The notes under the pieces: model-generated | Database searches by the model: none | The model's input: the letters and a program-made list of their open reading frames with translations, nothing else | What the model was told of the DNA's origin: nothing | Origin: a virus | Direction: 5' to 3' (one strand) | Length of the DNA stretch: 64,000 nt | Virus record (IMG/VR): IMGVR_UViG_3300042516_004811 | Span: 1 to 64,000 of that record | Part shown: piece after piece, positions 54,696-64,000 of the stretch | Layout of the letters: each line of letters starts with the position of its first letter | How positions within the stretch are numbered: the first letter of the stretch is position 1 | Translations under genes and position numbers: made by a program

Positions 54696-54905
54696 TTAAA
54701 ACAAGCTCGGCTGCATTGCTTCTTCAAGTCTGCGCTCGTCACAGAACTCGTGCTTGTAGTTATGAAGTTCTTCCTGGACACGGCTAATTGTGGTGCCTTT
54801 TGACTTTAGCCACACAACAGCAAGACGAACGGTTGTTCCGTCCTGGGGGCGGATTGGCAAATCGCAGACAATGCAGCGATACATTGCTGGTATTCCTCCG
54901 CTCAT
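54696..54905 (-). CDS. small hypothetical protein
   Basis: CIVC...H.FC. Confidence 0.5.
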   Translation of the reverse strand: MSGGIPAMYRCIVCDLPIRPQDGTTVRLAVVWLKSKGTTISRVQEELHNYKHEFCDERRLEEAMQPSLF

Positions 54906-55161
54906 TAGCGAATCCTGTCTATGGCCCAAAGAAGGCCCATCACGACAAAGAAAACTATCCCAAGGATAATCATTGAATCTCTATTCTCTCGGTTCATGCG
55001 CTACAGGATACATGCCGCATCGCCGGCTTGGCAAATAATGGTAAATGCTGGTATGTTGACTACAAGGGCTGGTGGGGTGCGTTCCACTCCTTTCTCGGTA
55101 CACCTCGGAACGCATCTCGCCGGCCTTACCTATCTACCTATTTATTGCTAGGCTTTTGCCC

Positions 55162-57078
55162 ATGAGGATGTACCTAGAGAATGGCGAAGTAGTACTGGAC
55201 TTTCCGTACGACGCTGGCCAGGTGAATGAAATCAAGAAAATCACTGGAGCCAAATGGGACAAGCTTGGCAAAGTGTGGCGCCTCCCAATCACCTCAATGA
55301 ACGAGGGCAGAGATTTCGCAATGAAGCACGACTTTGAAGTTGCGCTGGATGCAATGAAGTTCTTGGTAGATAAGCCCAAGACAGCCTCAGCAAGGGTATT
55401 CTTGCTGGATGGTTCAATAATAATGAGGTTCCCCTACGAGAGGGTCATCATTAAAGCGGTTAAGCAAATACCCGCAGTCTCGTGGGACAGCAAGAAGTCT
55501 GCATGGCAGGCGCCCCTCTCATCCGTCAAGGAAGTCATCAACTGGGCAGAAACATTCTCCGTCTATGTCGAGCCCGAAGTAATCGCGATAGCAGATGACG
55601 TAACGGAAAAAATGAACGAGTTTATTGAGGCTTCTCGTTCCACGGACGCTGGGGTGCAGGTAGATAAGTTGCAGGGTGACCTACTTCCCTATCAGCGAGC
55701 AGGTGTTGCCTATGCATCAAAAGCACTACGTACATTCATTGCAGATGAGATGGGTCTAGGAAAGACCATTCAGGCACTGGCGACCGTTGAGTATGTCTAC
55801 GACTCGTATCCAGCCGTTGTTGTGTGTCCTCCAAGCCTTGTACTTAACTGGGCGTCTGAATACCGTAAGTGGTTGCCACATCGGAGAGTCGCCACGGTGA
55901 CCAATAGAAAAGAGTTCCCTGACGCTGGCTCCTATGACGTTGTAGTGGTTGGTTATTCCAATCTCGCAACATGGGAGAAGAGTTTGTCTGGTCACCGCTC
56001 GTACATCTTCGATGAGAGTCACTACTGCAAAACGCCAACAGCACAGCGCACTAAAGCAGCAGTCAAGATAGCCCGTAGCGCCCCCAAAGAGGGCATTGTT
56101 CTGTGTCTCACTGGAACGCCAGTAACAAACAGGCCGAATGAATACGCCTCTCAGCTCGAGATTCTTGGAAGACTCAAAGACTTTGGTGGTCTGTGGGGCT
56201 TCTACCGACGCTACTGCGCTGCCTATCAGGACAAGTTCGGTCAGTGGAACATCAGTGGACACTCGCACCTAGATGAACTCAATGAGCGCCTGCGAGGCAC
56301 GTGTTACATCAGGCGTACGAAAGACCAAGTTCTCTCCGAATTACCACCCGTGATTCACAGCAAGATTCTCATTGAGGGCGAGAGCGCGGCGATGAAGGAA
56401 TACAAGAAGGCAGAGAATGACATTCTTGTTTACATCGCAGACAGAGCACGGCAAATGGCAATCGAGCAAGGCAAGCCATCGTACGGTGCCGCCATTGCCG
56501 CAATGATTAGAGCAGAGGCAAACGAGCATTTGGTTCGTTTGTCCGTTCTTCGCCGGCTTTCAGCAAAGGCAAAGATGGAAGCCGCAATGGAATGGATTCA
56601 GGCTCGGGTGGAAAATGGTAAAAAAGTCGTAGTTGCCGCTCACCACAGAGACATCGTGGATGAGATTTCTAGAAAGTATGGCAACCTTCGTATTCAGGGC
56701 GGAATGGCAGTAGAGGAAGTAGAGGACAATAAGCACAAGTTCCAGACACTCTCGGTAGATAAGGCGCCAGTCATCGTTCTTTCGATACAAGCAGCCAAGA
56801 CTGGTCACACTCTCACCGCATCGGAAGAATGCTTGTTCATTGAGTTGCCATGGACACCCGCAGACGTAGACCAGACATACAGCCGTCTTCACCGTATTGG
56901 GCAAAAGGGGAGCGTTACGTCCACCTACATGCTCACTGCTGGCACGATAGACGAGGACATCTATTCACTAATTGAGAACAAGCGTTCAGTAGTGAATGCA
57001 GCAGTAGAGGGCGGAGAAATGGTTGCGGACGATGGAGCGGTTCAGCTCATTCTGAGCATGATTGACAAGATTAGTTAG
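55162..57078 (+). CDS. SNF2-family helicase with two N-terminal HARP-like repeats
   Basis: ADEMGLGKT, DESH, LTGTP, Q...R.HRIGQ; duplicated FPY....IK.I....WD...W; leaderless after TAGGCT. Confidence 0.9.
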   Translation: MRMYLENGEVVLDFPYDAGQVNEIKKITGAKWDKLGKVWRLPITSMNEGRDFAMKHDFEVALDAMKFLVDKPKTASARVFLLDGSIIMRFPYERVIIKAVKQIPAVSWDSKKSAWQAPLSSVKEVINWAETFSVYVEPEVIAIADDVTEKMNEFIEASRSTDAGVQVDKLQGDLLPYQRAGVAYASKALRTFIADEMGLGKTIQALATVEYVYDSYPAVVVCPPSLVLNWASEYRKWLPHRRVATVTNRKEFPDAGSYDVVVVGYSNLATWEKSLSGHRSYIFDESHYCKTPTAQRTKAAVKIARSAPKEGIVLCLTGTPVTNRPNEYASQLEILGRLKDFGGLWGFYRRYCAAYQDKFGQWNISGHSHLDELNERLRGTCYIRRTKDQVLSELPPVIHSKILIEGESAAMKEYKKAENDILVYIADRARQMAIEQGKPSYGAAIAAMIRAEANEHLVRLSVLRRLSAKAKMEAAMEWIQARVENGKKVVVAAHHRDIVDEISRKYGNLRIQGGMAVEEVEDNKHKFQTLSVDKAPVIVLSIQAAKTGHTLTASEECLFIELPWTPADVDQTYSRLHRIGQKGSVTSTYMLTAGTIDEDIYSLIENKRSVVNAAVEGGEMVADDGAVQLILSMIDKIS

Positions 57079-57514
57079 CGTCTTCTTCTTCTGGCGAGAC
57101 GCCACGGAAGATTTCTTCGGCAATCAACTTCGAGTACTTTCTGCGAAGGCGCCAAATCTTCTTGTTCAACTCAATCATTTCACGGCTCATTCGTGCTTTT
57201 ATTATCGCATCATTGTCATAGACACCGTACGTCTTGAACAGAGCATCATGAATGTCAGCATCTTCAATGATGATGTCTGAAATCCAGCCAGCCTTCTTGT
57301 CAATAGCAATCATGAGGTCGCACATACCCTCAACGCCGAACTCATCCCAAATACGATTGGCGATGATGTTGCAAAAATGCGAACGATACATCTGTCGCGC
57401 TTTCTGTGATTGAGACATGAAGTCGGATAGCCAGACGGCAAGTTCTGCCGGTGTAGGCATGTCGCCATCGCCGTCAGAGAGGAACTCGTAAAAGTTCTCG
57501 TCGTCTTCGCTCAT
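57071..57514 (-). CDS. hypothetical protein
   Basis: GAGG RBS. Confidence 0.65.
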   Translation of the reverse strand: MSEDDENFYEFLSDGDGDMPTPAELAVWLSDFMSQSQKARQMYRSHFCNIIANRIWDEFGVEGMCDLMIAIDKKAGWISDIIIEDADIHDALFKTYGVYDNDAIIKARMSREMIELNKKIWRLRRKYSKLIAEEIFRGVSPEEEDAN

Positions 57515-57562
57515 TAGGCCTCGCTATGTCCGTAGATAAGTCAATGATACAGGGAATTGTTA

Positions 57563-58588
57563 TCAACGACTTGACAAGAGGAAATCCTGAGCTTTTATCT
57601 TTGAACGAGTCACCCAAGAATTGTTATCCATTGACGCAAGCGCACGCTCTGTCACTGTTGCATCACGATAGTGGTCAAGGTATTCACCAATAGCATTCAC
57701 TAGTGACCACCCGTTGTACCCATAGCCCTTTGCGTTGTTGTCGTTGTCATACACCGCACGAACAAGTGAAAGCACATTGTCTCTGTTGCGCTTCTGACGC
57801 TCTGTTGCACTTGTTTCCAGTGGAAATACTGCATTCAGTGTTTCGTTCAGTACTTTTGAGCCAGGCGCAACGGGGATTGACAGAAGTTTCTCAGCAGTTG
57901 CTGTAAACGCTTTTGCCCATTCATTGGAGATTTCGAGCACACTGTTTGCTTCTTCAATCGCACGCTCGGCGTTGCGTGTATGACGAGCAGTGAACACTCT
58001 CCGTGCACTGCTAAGACCTGCAACAACAGTGTTCTTGCATACGGCGCGAATACTTGTGTTTGCGAACGTAATCGCCGTCTTTCCGTCGTGCCCATTGCGA
58101 ACTAGTAGATAACGCTCAATCTGGTCATTCACGCCCATTGGGTCAATGACAAGCGCACCTAGGTCAAGAGATGAGAAGAACTCTCTGCCACCATTGAGAA
58201 CACCGCAAGTATCTACTACTGCATCACCCGTAGATGCTCCTGCGATAGCGAGCGCATAGTCAAGACATTCACGATTTTGCTGCACCACGTAGCGTGTGCC
58301 AACCGTTGCAAGACCATTGAACGTGCCGTCACCATTGACACGCACTGTGGCTCTACTGTCTGGTACTAGAACGAGCGAGCCATCAGAGTTTCTGATTACT
58401 TCGCCATTATCGTCACACACTGCTACCCGTGTGGTCACGACATCAAAGTTGGCCTGGGCGGCGGCGAGCATTGCCTCTGCCGTCTGCAAGCCCTTCATTG
58501 GTGTTCCAAGGCGATGCCAAGGGATTTCCCTGTCGGCGTAAGCCATTCTGGCTGTGCCGTCTTCGTTGATTTCTATGTCGTGTGACAT
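57563..58588 (-). CDS. DUF932-family phage/plasmid protein
   Basis: PWHRLG, VG.RY..QN, NGHDG, R.VC.NT, RHT, EYLDH. Confidence 0.85.
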   Translation of the reverse strand: MSHDIEINEDGTARMAYADREIPWHRLGTPMKGLQTAEAMLAAAQANFDVVTTRVAVCDDNGEVIRNSDGSLVLVPDSRATVRVNGDGTFNGLATVGTRYVVQQNRECLDYALAIAGASTGDAVVDTCGVLNGGREFFSSLDLGALVIDPMGVNDQIERYLLVRNGHDGKTAITFANTSIRAVCKNTVVAGLSSARRVFTARHTRNAERAIEEANSVLEISNEWAKAFTATAEKLLSIPVAPGSKVLNETLNAVFPLETSATERQKRNRDNVLSLVRAVYDNDNNAKGYGYNGWSLVNAIGEYLDHYRDATVTERALASMDNNSWVTRSKIKAQDFLLSSR

Positions 58589-58781
58589 TTCGTCTCCGTT
58601 CGCTATTTGCTTGTAGATAAATCTATCTGAAAGTACCCCCTTTCAGGCAGATGATTTCAGGCGGGGCTCCCCCTTGGGGGTGGGTTGGGCGCACGGGGAA
58701 CGGGTAGATAAGTCTGAACCGTATGTGGTACAGTGTTGATAGGAGGCACCAACGCCCCCGAACCGACCGAAAGGGGTCACC

Positions 58782-59081
58782 ATGTCCAGACCAATCATCC
58801 CAGTGAAAGCAGAGGCGATGCCATCGCTTCTCAGCGCATACCTCGCACGAGAAATCGACATGTTCGATGGTCACATCATCCGTGAGTTCCACCAGTTCGC
58901 CCTGCAAGCACAGGACGCGTTTGAGAAGGTCACCCAGACACCAGCGATGGCCGACTTCTACGCATCTTGTCTGCAACAGACAATCGCTCAACTGCTTGCC
59001 ACGACCTGCAAGACCGCAGGACTTCGGAACGCTCAGCGAGCCGTTGATGGCGCAATCACACAGCACACAGACAGCGTGTAG
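58782..59081 (+). CDS. hypothetical protein
   Basis: Repeat promoter, CGAAAGGGG RBS, terminator at 59115-59144. Confidence 0.65.
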   Translation: MSRPIIPVKAEAMPSLLSAYLAREIDMFDGHIIREFHQFALQAQDAFEKVTQTPAMADFYASCLQQTIAQLLATTCKTAGLRNAQRAVDGAITQHTDSV

Positions 59082-59255
59082 ATAAGTCTCGCCAAGCGAG
59101 GGTTCCCTGATTGAGGGGGTGAGCCAATCGGTTCGCCCCCTTTATCTATGGGTAGATAAGTCCAGCAGGAGCCCCGCTGACCAGGGTGAGCTGGGGTGGA
59201 CAGGTAGATAAGTCGAAGAGTTGATTTTTCTCTTTGCATTGTTTATTATGGTGAC

Positions 59256-60506
59256 ATGACTGGTACTGAAAGCCCAAAGGGGTTCACCTCGCCGTTAGAG
59301 GCACATGAAATGCAGACTGAATACCTGGTGTGGCGCAAAGGCCACCCGAGCGCAGACCGACTATTGCACGCATCTCAGTGGACTGCTCAGCAGAATGGAT
59401 TGTTTGAGTCGGTAGTTACATTGGAGAACAGAGAAAAGCAGTTCGCAGACTCGCGCGTTGCTCATAACGTGTGGCGTTTGACGGATGATGAAATCATTTC
59501 CCGTGCAGACACCGTGTACCTATCGGAAGAACTGCACGAATTGGTGCACACAGCATCGGAGTCAATGCCTGATGAAGTTCTTTTTCGCACTGATGTCTAC
59601 ACGCCGTGTGCAATGGTTTTCCTTGAACGCCCAATCCAGGTGAGGGTTCACGCTGGATGCTTATCGGATGACATTGACGAAATAGTAGATAAGGTTCGTC
59701 AATACGGTGGAACCGTTGAGGGAACCCGTAAGTACACGCAGACAGAGGACGGATACCTTGATGGCGTAGACGTTTACGAAATCGTTGCATTTTCGTGGGG
59801 CGATTGCGAGTCAATCTATCCTCACGTGCTTGAATCGGTAGCGAAGCAGTATGGCACTGCTAGTCCTGAATACAAATTCCAACTTGAGTTGGAACACTAC
59901 GAGAAGGAGGAATTGAATCACGCACGTTTTGTTGAAGAGGACGGAACAGAGCACCCGATGAACGCAATCATCGTTGGTGTGTTTGGGCGTATTGTCAGCT
60001 CAGAGATTGACGGTTTGACACTTGCCGTAAGAAACCCACTCATCTCGTTGAAAATGAATCTGATTGACAGTTACTACTTTATGTATGGAGAAGATGGTTT
60101 TCAACTTGAAAATGACTCGTTTGAAGAAGCAATGAATCAGTCAAGTTTTGACCGTTATCGCAGGTCTCGTAGATTCATCGTTGCACTGTTGCGTTTGATG
60201 AATGAGTACGTAGATGTTGAAACAACCCGTGTGCCTCGCCCGTTCTCTCGCAGGGGCGCAAGGGCTGGACGCGTGAACACTGACAGTATCACCACGCTAG
60301 AACTACGCAGGGCGCTCTACGGTGATAGTGATTCAGCAACAGGGCGCAAGGTATCGCTCGCACACCTTGTGCGTGGACACTGGCGTAATCAGTGGTATCC
60401 ATCGCAACAGATGCACCGTGCTCGCTGGATAAATGCGCACCGCAGAGGTGGAAGCGCAACAGATGAAGTGGTAGATAAGCCTCGCATCGTGACAGTGACG
60501 AGGTAG
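59256..60506 (+). CDS. conserved phage hypothetical (C-terminal VRGHWRNQW motif)
   Basis: HLVRGHWRNQWYPS...WINAH.RG; leaderless after TATGGT. Confidence 0.7.
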   Translation: MTGTESPKGFTSPLEAHEMQTEYLVWRKGHPSADRLLHASQWTAQQNGLFESVVTLENREKQFADSRVAHNVWRLTDDEIISRADTVYLSEELHELVHTASESMPDEVLFRTDVYTPCAMVFLERPIQVRVHAGCLSDDIDEIVDKVRQYGGTVEGTRKYTQTEDGYLDGVDVYEIVAFSWGDCESIYPHVLESVAKQYGTASPEYKFQLELEHYEKEELNHARFVEEDGTEHPMNAIIVGVFGRIVSSEIDGLTLAVRNPLISLKMNLIDSYYFMYGEDGFQLENDSFEEAMNQSSFDRYRRSRRFIVALLRLMNEYVDVETTRVPRPFSRRGARAGRVNTDSITTLELRRALYGDSDSATGRKVSLAHLVRGHWRNQWYPSQQMHRARWINAHRRGGSATDEVVDKPRIVTVTR

Positions 60507-60669
60507 CACTACTCACTCAGGAGCCCCGGCTGCTAGCGCCCTCGCGCGTTCGCGCTTCGGTTGCTCTCGGGCAGAGAATGCAAGTAGGTAGATAAGACCT
60601 AGCCCCCACCCCACTTATCTACTAAGCAGGGCAGGGGCAGGACTAGCAAGCGGAGATAGGGAACGCTTG

Positions 60670-61368
60670 CTAGTAGGGCTCGGGCGCGTGTACGGTCATG
60701 CCTGCGCCACACTGCGCGCACTTCATGCCTTCACCCGTGTACTCGGGATAGGACGAATCGTCAGCGCAAGAACCTTCCCACGAAATCCACTCGCCGTACC
60801 ACGAGAGTCCGTGAGTCTCTTCGCCACTGTCACACGTGACGTGATAGGAATCGTTATCGCATGGAAAGTATGACGCGTCACTCATCTCAATGCGGAATGC
60901 GCGCGGACGCGTATAGCCACCGCGAACGTCACAACCCCCGTGAATCTGAATCAGCGCGTACACACGCTCACCGATTGCGAACGTGACACCCTGCAAGGTT
61001 TGCGAGAGTGAATCGTCCCCGTTGTAGGTGTTCCACGTATGCGCCGACGAATCGCGCTCATTGGCGAAATCCTGCATGAGTGAGAAGTACCCGTCATCAG
61101 CATTGTGAGAGCAGAACGAATCCCACTCAGCATTGAGTGAGTCGTCATACTTGACGCGCGCCGTGAGATAGTGAAACACGGAAAGCGTCACGCCGTAGGA
61201 ACTCGCCCACGCTTGCGGTTCGCTCTCAAAATCAGCAAGCACCTTGCCTGCGTTTTTCTCGTAGTGTCTGCCGTAGTAGTCGCCACTATCAAGCATACTC
61301 CTACCCGTATTCTCGGTCAGCATTTCAGCAATGACCTCGGCGGTTTTGGTGTCGGTTGCGGTTGTCAT
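60670..61368 (-). CDS. hypothetical protein
   Basis: NTYN, HGG.DVRGGYT.P motifs; RBS overlaps the box. Confidence 0.7.
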   Translation of the reverse strand: MTTATDTKTAEVIAEMLTENTGRSMLDSGDYYGRHYEKNAGKVLADFESEPQAWASSYGVTLSVFHYLTARVKYDDSLNAEWDSFCSHNADDGYFSLMQDFANERDSSAHTWNTYNGDDSLSQTLQGVTFAIGERVYALIQIHGGCDVRGGYTRPRAFRIEMSDASYFPCDNDSYHVTCDSGEETHGLSWYGEWISWEGSCADDSSYPEYTGEGMKCAQCGAGMTVHAPEPY

Positions 61369-61382
61369 GACTTATCTACCTT

Positions 61383-61661
61383 TCAGCGATTACGGAACGG
61401 ATAGGACGGGTGGGCTTGGCGCTCGTGGTTGCGCTCTTCGGCAAGTGCGTTGCTCATTGCGATTGTCATCAGCGTTGCGCCGATTGACCCGAACACTGCG
61501 AACACACCGCCCACGAGCAAGTCGTACAGAGCGTGTGAGTAGTAAGACACTGCCAGCAGAGCAACCCCGAACAACGGGAACGCCCACGACAGGACAGCGA
61601 GAGTGCGCATTACTGTCACGTCTTGCGCTCGGTTTCGGTTGGTGTGGTGTGTAGTAGCCAT
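61383..61661 (-). CDS. two-TM membrane protein
   Basis: Repeat promoter, RBS, two TM segments. Confidence 0.6.
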   Translation of the reverse strand: MATTHHTNRNRAQDVTVMRTLAVLSWAFPLFGVALLAVSYYSHALYDLLVGGVFAVFGSIGATLMTIAMSNALAEERNHERQAHPSYPFRNR

Positions 61662-61862
61662 TTTTTCCCTTTCGTTTGGCGACACACTCACCGTATCACA
61701 CGTGGTACAGACTTACAAGTATTTCCCGACTTATCTACCTGCCACCCCACGCCACAGCAAGCCCCAGCCTTGCACCCTGCCGGGAGCCCCGCTGATTAGC
61801 GGTATGCTGACGAGATGCCAGTACTTTACGGACATTCCACAAGCACGGAGGACGGGAACGAT

Positions 61863-62090
61863 ATGAGTGACATCACGCAGTTCACTAAGTGGTTTCACCT
61901 CAATGGCATGGACTTCCAACTAACGAACATCGCTGGCCAATGGAAATGCACTGCGTGGAAACGTGGCGTACCGACGCTTGAAGACGGCACGCCTAGTGAT
62001 TACTGGGCAAGTGGTTCGTGCACGTCAATAGTGAAAGCGATGCTCCGTTGCTACGAGTCAATCAGACACACACAACGCAAGGGAAACTAG
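61863..62090 (+). CDS. hypothetical protein
   Basis: GGAGGA/GGGA RBS. Confidence 0.5.
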   Translation: MSDITQFTKWFHLNGMDFQLTNIAGQWKCTAWKRGVPTLEDGTPSDYWASGSCTSIVKAMLRCYESIRHTQRKGN

Positions 62091-62104
62091 TTATCTACCC
62101 GTAG

Positions 62105-62491
62105 TTAGGTAGTCGGCGGGTCATCGTGCCATTGGCCATCAGGCCAGGCAGTACGAGCGTGGACACCATAGATGTCAGTGCCGAACAGGTCTGTGCCTTG
62201 CCAAGCGTGACGGCAACACGGCACTTCGTCATCGCAAGGGTGACAGTTCGCTCCGAGTTTCTCAGCGAGTCGGGGGAAAAGCTCGAGAAACTTCACAACG
62301 CAATCGTGACAGAAAATCCATTCTCTCGTTCGTTGGTCGCCTGCGAGCACAGGCATCATATCGTCAAATCCACCGTAGTATCCGAATGTGTCAAATGGTA
62401 AGACCCAACCATTATCAGGGTAGATGAGTTGCGAGTTGCACTCAGTGCGTGTGTCGCACGCCGAACACACTGCATAGTTCTTTTCTCTCAT
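62105..62491 (-). CDS. Cys-rich hypothetical protein
   Basis: Leaderless after the repeat promoter; several CxxC. Confidence 0.6.
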   Translation of the reverse strand: MREKNYAVCSACDTRTECNSQLIYPDNGWVLPFDTFGYYGGFDDMMPVLAGDQRTREWIFCHDCVVKFLELFPRLAEKLGANCHPCDDEVPCCRHAWQGTDLFGTDIYGVHARTAWPDGQWHDDPPTT

Positions 62492-62545
62492 AACTGCGAG
62501 CGTACCACACTGGGGACAAACTTAGCAACCCGTGGCACTTGCGCC

Positions 62546-62917
62546 TTATCTACTGAATGCACCTGAGGTCATTCGTATGAATGTTGAGTAGGCATACTGC
62601 TTGCGTTGGCTTGCGATGTACTGCGCTTCGTACCGCTTCCATCTGTTCATTAGTTCCAGTTCGGTATCCGATGTTGCGATACCTAACTGTCTCTCGGCTT
62701 CCGCCATCAGGGATACCATCTGAAATGGGACACCCGTGGAGCTCCACGGCGTTACGTCGTGCGCACGACAAGCATCAAGCACTTTGGTGGTGAACAGTGC
62801 TGCGAGGTGAATTCTCGTCATTCTTTCACGCTCATCTATCTCAAAGAATGACGGCGCACCAACACTTATGCGTTCACGCAATACCGCATAGGGCGTGACA
62901 AACAGATAGGTGTTCAT
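62546..62917 (-). CDS. hypothetical protein
   Basis: TACTGT 8 nt upstream of ATG. Confidence 0.55.
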   Translation of the reverse strand: MNTYLFVTPYAVLRERISVGAPSFFEIDERERMTRIHLAALFTTKVLDACRAHDVTPWSSTGVPFQMVSLMAEAERQLGIATSDTELELMNRWKRYEAQYIASQRKQYAYSTFIRMTSGAFSR

Positions 62918-62954
62918 TGCTCACAACAGTATCACTGCGTGAGAGACGTGTCAC

Positions 62955-63134
62955 CTATCCCCACTTGACCTCATTGCCACTACTCTTTTGTTCAGGCAAC
63001 ACGCTCACTACTTCTATGAGTGCGCCTTGTGTCAAGAGGTTGTACACAGTTGCAACAGCCTCATCAACTGTTGTCGGATTGTCAAGGTCTTTGTGCTTGC
63101 GCACTGCGACTGTTAGTCGGAATGTCTCGCTCAT
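62955..63134 (-). CDS. small hypothetical protein (not in the ORF track)
   Basis: MSETFRLTVAVRKHK..., follows the 63139 gene. Confidence 0.45.
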   Translation of the reverse strand: MSETFRLTVAVRKHKDLDNPTTVDEAVATVYNLLTQGALIEVVSVLPEQKSSGNEVKWG

Positions 63135-63138
63135 TGGC

Positions 63139-63324
63139 TCAGCCTATCGCCTCATAGAACCTCGCAATAGCAACTGCTTGCTCAGGGGAGACACACTCAA
63201 TGGTGTCTACCTGCGTGTGTGAGACGCCATCTGTATCAGTGCTCTTGGCGAACACTTGTACCACACTGCCAAGGGGCAGGGCGTGAATGACCCTGGGTCG
63301 TATGTGGGTCGTTGTTGTATCCAT
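63139..63324 (-). CDS. small hypothetical protein
   Basis: TTTACA-N17-TACTGT-N7-ATG (leaderless). Confidence 0.5.
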   Translation of the reverse strand: MDTTTTHIRPRVIHALPLGSVVQVFAKSTDTDGVSHTQVDTIECVSPEQAVAIARFYEAIG

Positions 63325-63699
63325 ACCGCTCACAGTAGTGGGTGGGTGTGTCAATGTAAAGGGTTCGTGCGACTTATTTACCTGCTCACCCGTGGCACTT
63401 GGGCGACCAATGACTAGGGTAATGGTATGGCATTCGGTCAAGAAGATGGGTGGGAGAGGGCGATACCTGAACGCTCACTGCCTGAGGTAGATGGGCGCAC
63501 TGTTGTCGTGCGTGCCTACACGGCGATAGGTATGGGACTACTAGGGCTTGCCTCACTAGGTGGGTGGTATGTCGGCTGGCTACCCGTGGCGTGTGTGTAC
63601 TCTGCCTTGTTCTACTTCTCTCTGCGTACTTATGACAACGAGCACGATAGTGACTCACCTACTCACTGACGCATTGCTCACTGTATCGCTAGCCTTGCT

Positions 63700-64000
63700 C
63701 ACTGCTTGTGCGTAACACACTCACACTGCTTGTCTCTCAACACTTCACACACACTCACTTACACTTTGTGTGTTTGCTTGTCGCTTGCTTGCGTGTGTGT
63801 TCGCATCACACTTACAACGGCGTACGTGTGTGCGTGTGTAACACACTGCGTGTGAACACTTGACGCACTATGTATGTATGCGTTTATTGTTTCGTGTCGT
63901 GACATACTTCGTGCGCACTTCGTGTTGCGTTGCGTTGGCAATGGCGTAGGCAAGTTCATAGCACTTCATAGGCACTTCATAGGCACTTCGTGAAGCGCTT
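63700..64000. repeat. low-complexity CA/GT-rich tract and 11-bp tandem repeat GGCACTTCATA
   Basis: 3-4 imperfect copies at 63949-63989. Confidence 0.6.

Larger units (their letters stand above)
37907..62528. promoter_or_regulatory. repeated extended -10 promoter family, about 22 copies
   Basis: (GTAGATAA/TTGTAA/TTGCTAA)GTCTGAACC-N5-TGG-TAnnnT, always pointing into a downstream gene. Confidence 0.85.
23239..62554. promoter_or_regulatory. dispersed TTATCTAC/GTAGATAA box, about 90 copies
   Basis: Hand count; both orientations; none noticed before 23.2 kb. Confidence 0.9.

Noticed and set aside
35072-62554. ATCTAC/GTAGAT resembles the Cas12a repeat stem
   Set aside because: The halves never form AATTTCTAC-loop-GTAGAT units with regular spacers; a 6-nt coincidence.

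Overview
This is a 64-kb segment of a large tailed-phage genome with a probable Actinomycetota host, judged from WhiB, an r1t-type holin, GAAAGG ribosome-binding sites, many leaderless genes and a proteasome-beta-like protease. 1-14.7 kb (minus strand) is a tail-fibre module: a 2102-aa collagen-like fibre, three tail-collar paralogs, a 2OG-Fe(II) hydroxylase, a glycosyltransferase and a holin. 14.8-22.4 kb (plus) holds a seven-gene glycosylation/methylation operon and a SUEL-lectin membrane protein. 22.5-34.6 kb carries regulators, a phosphoesterase, a protease, WhiB, tRNA-Thr, replication-associated genes and a candidate structured small RNA. 34.6-64 kb is an accessory/early region of small 1-3 gene modules. 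Its most striking feature is a layered cis-element system: (i) a symmetric ~132-bp element, ACTTATCTAC-N39-GAGCCCCG-N18-CGGGGCTC-N39-GTAGATAAGT, with conserved linker lengths but divergent linker sequences, recurring about every 1 kb between modules; (ii) about 90 copies of TTATCTAC, over promoters, RBSs and stop codons and inside genes; (iii) about 22 copies of one extended -10 promoter; (iv) a second, unidirectional 13-bp motif. All counts and family calls were made by eye, without database searches.
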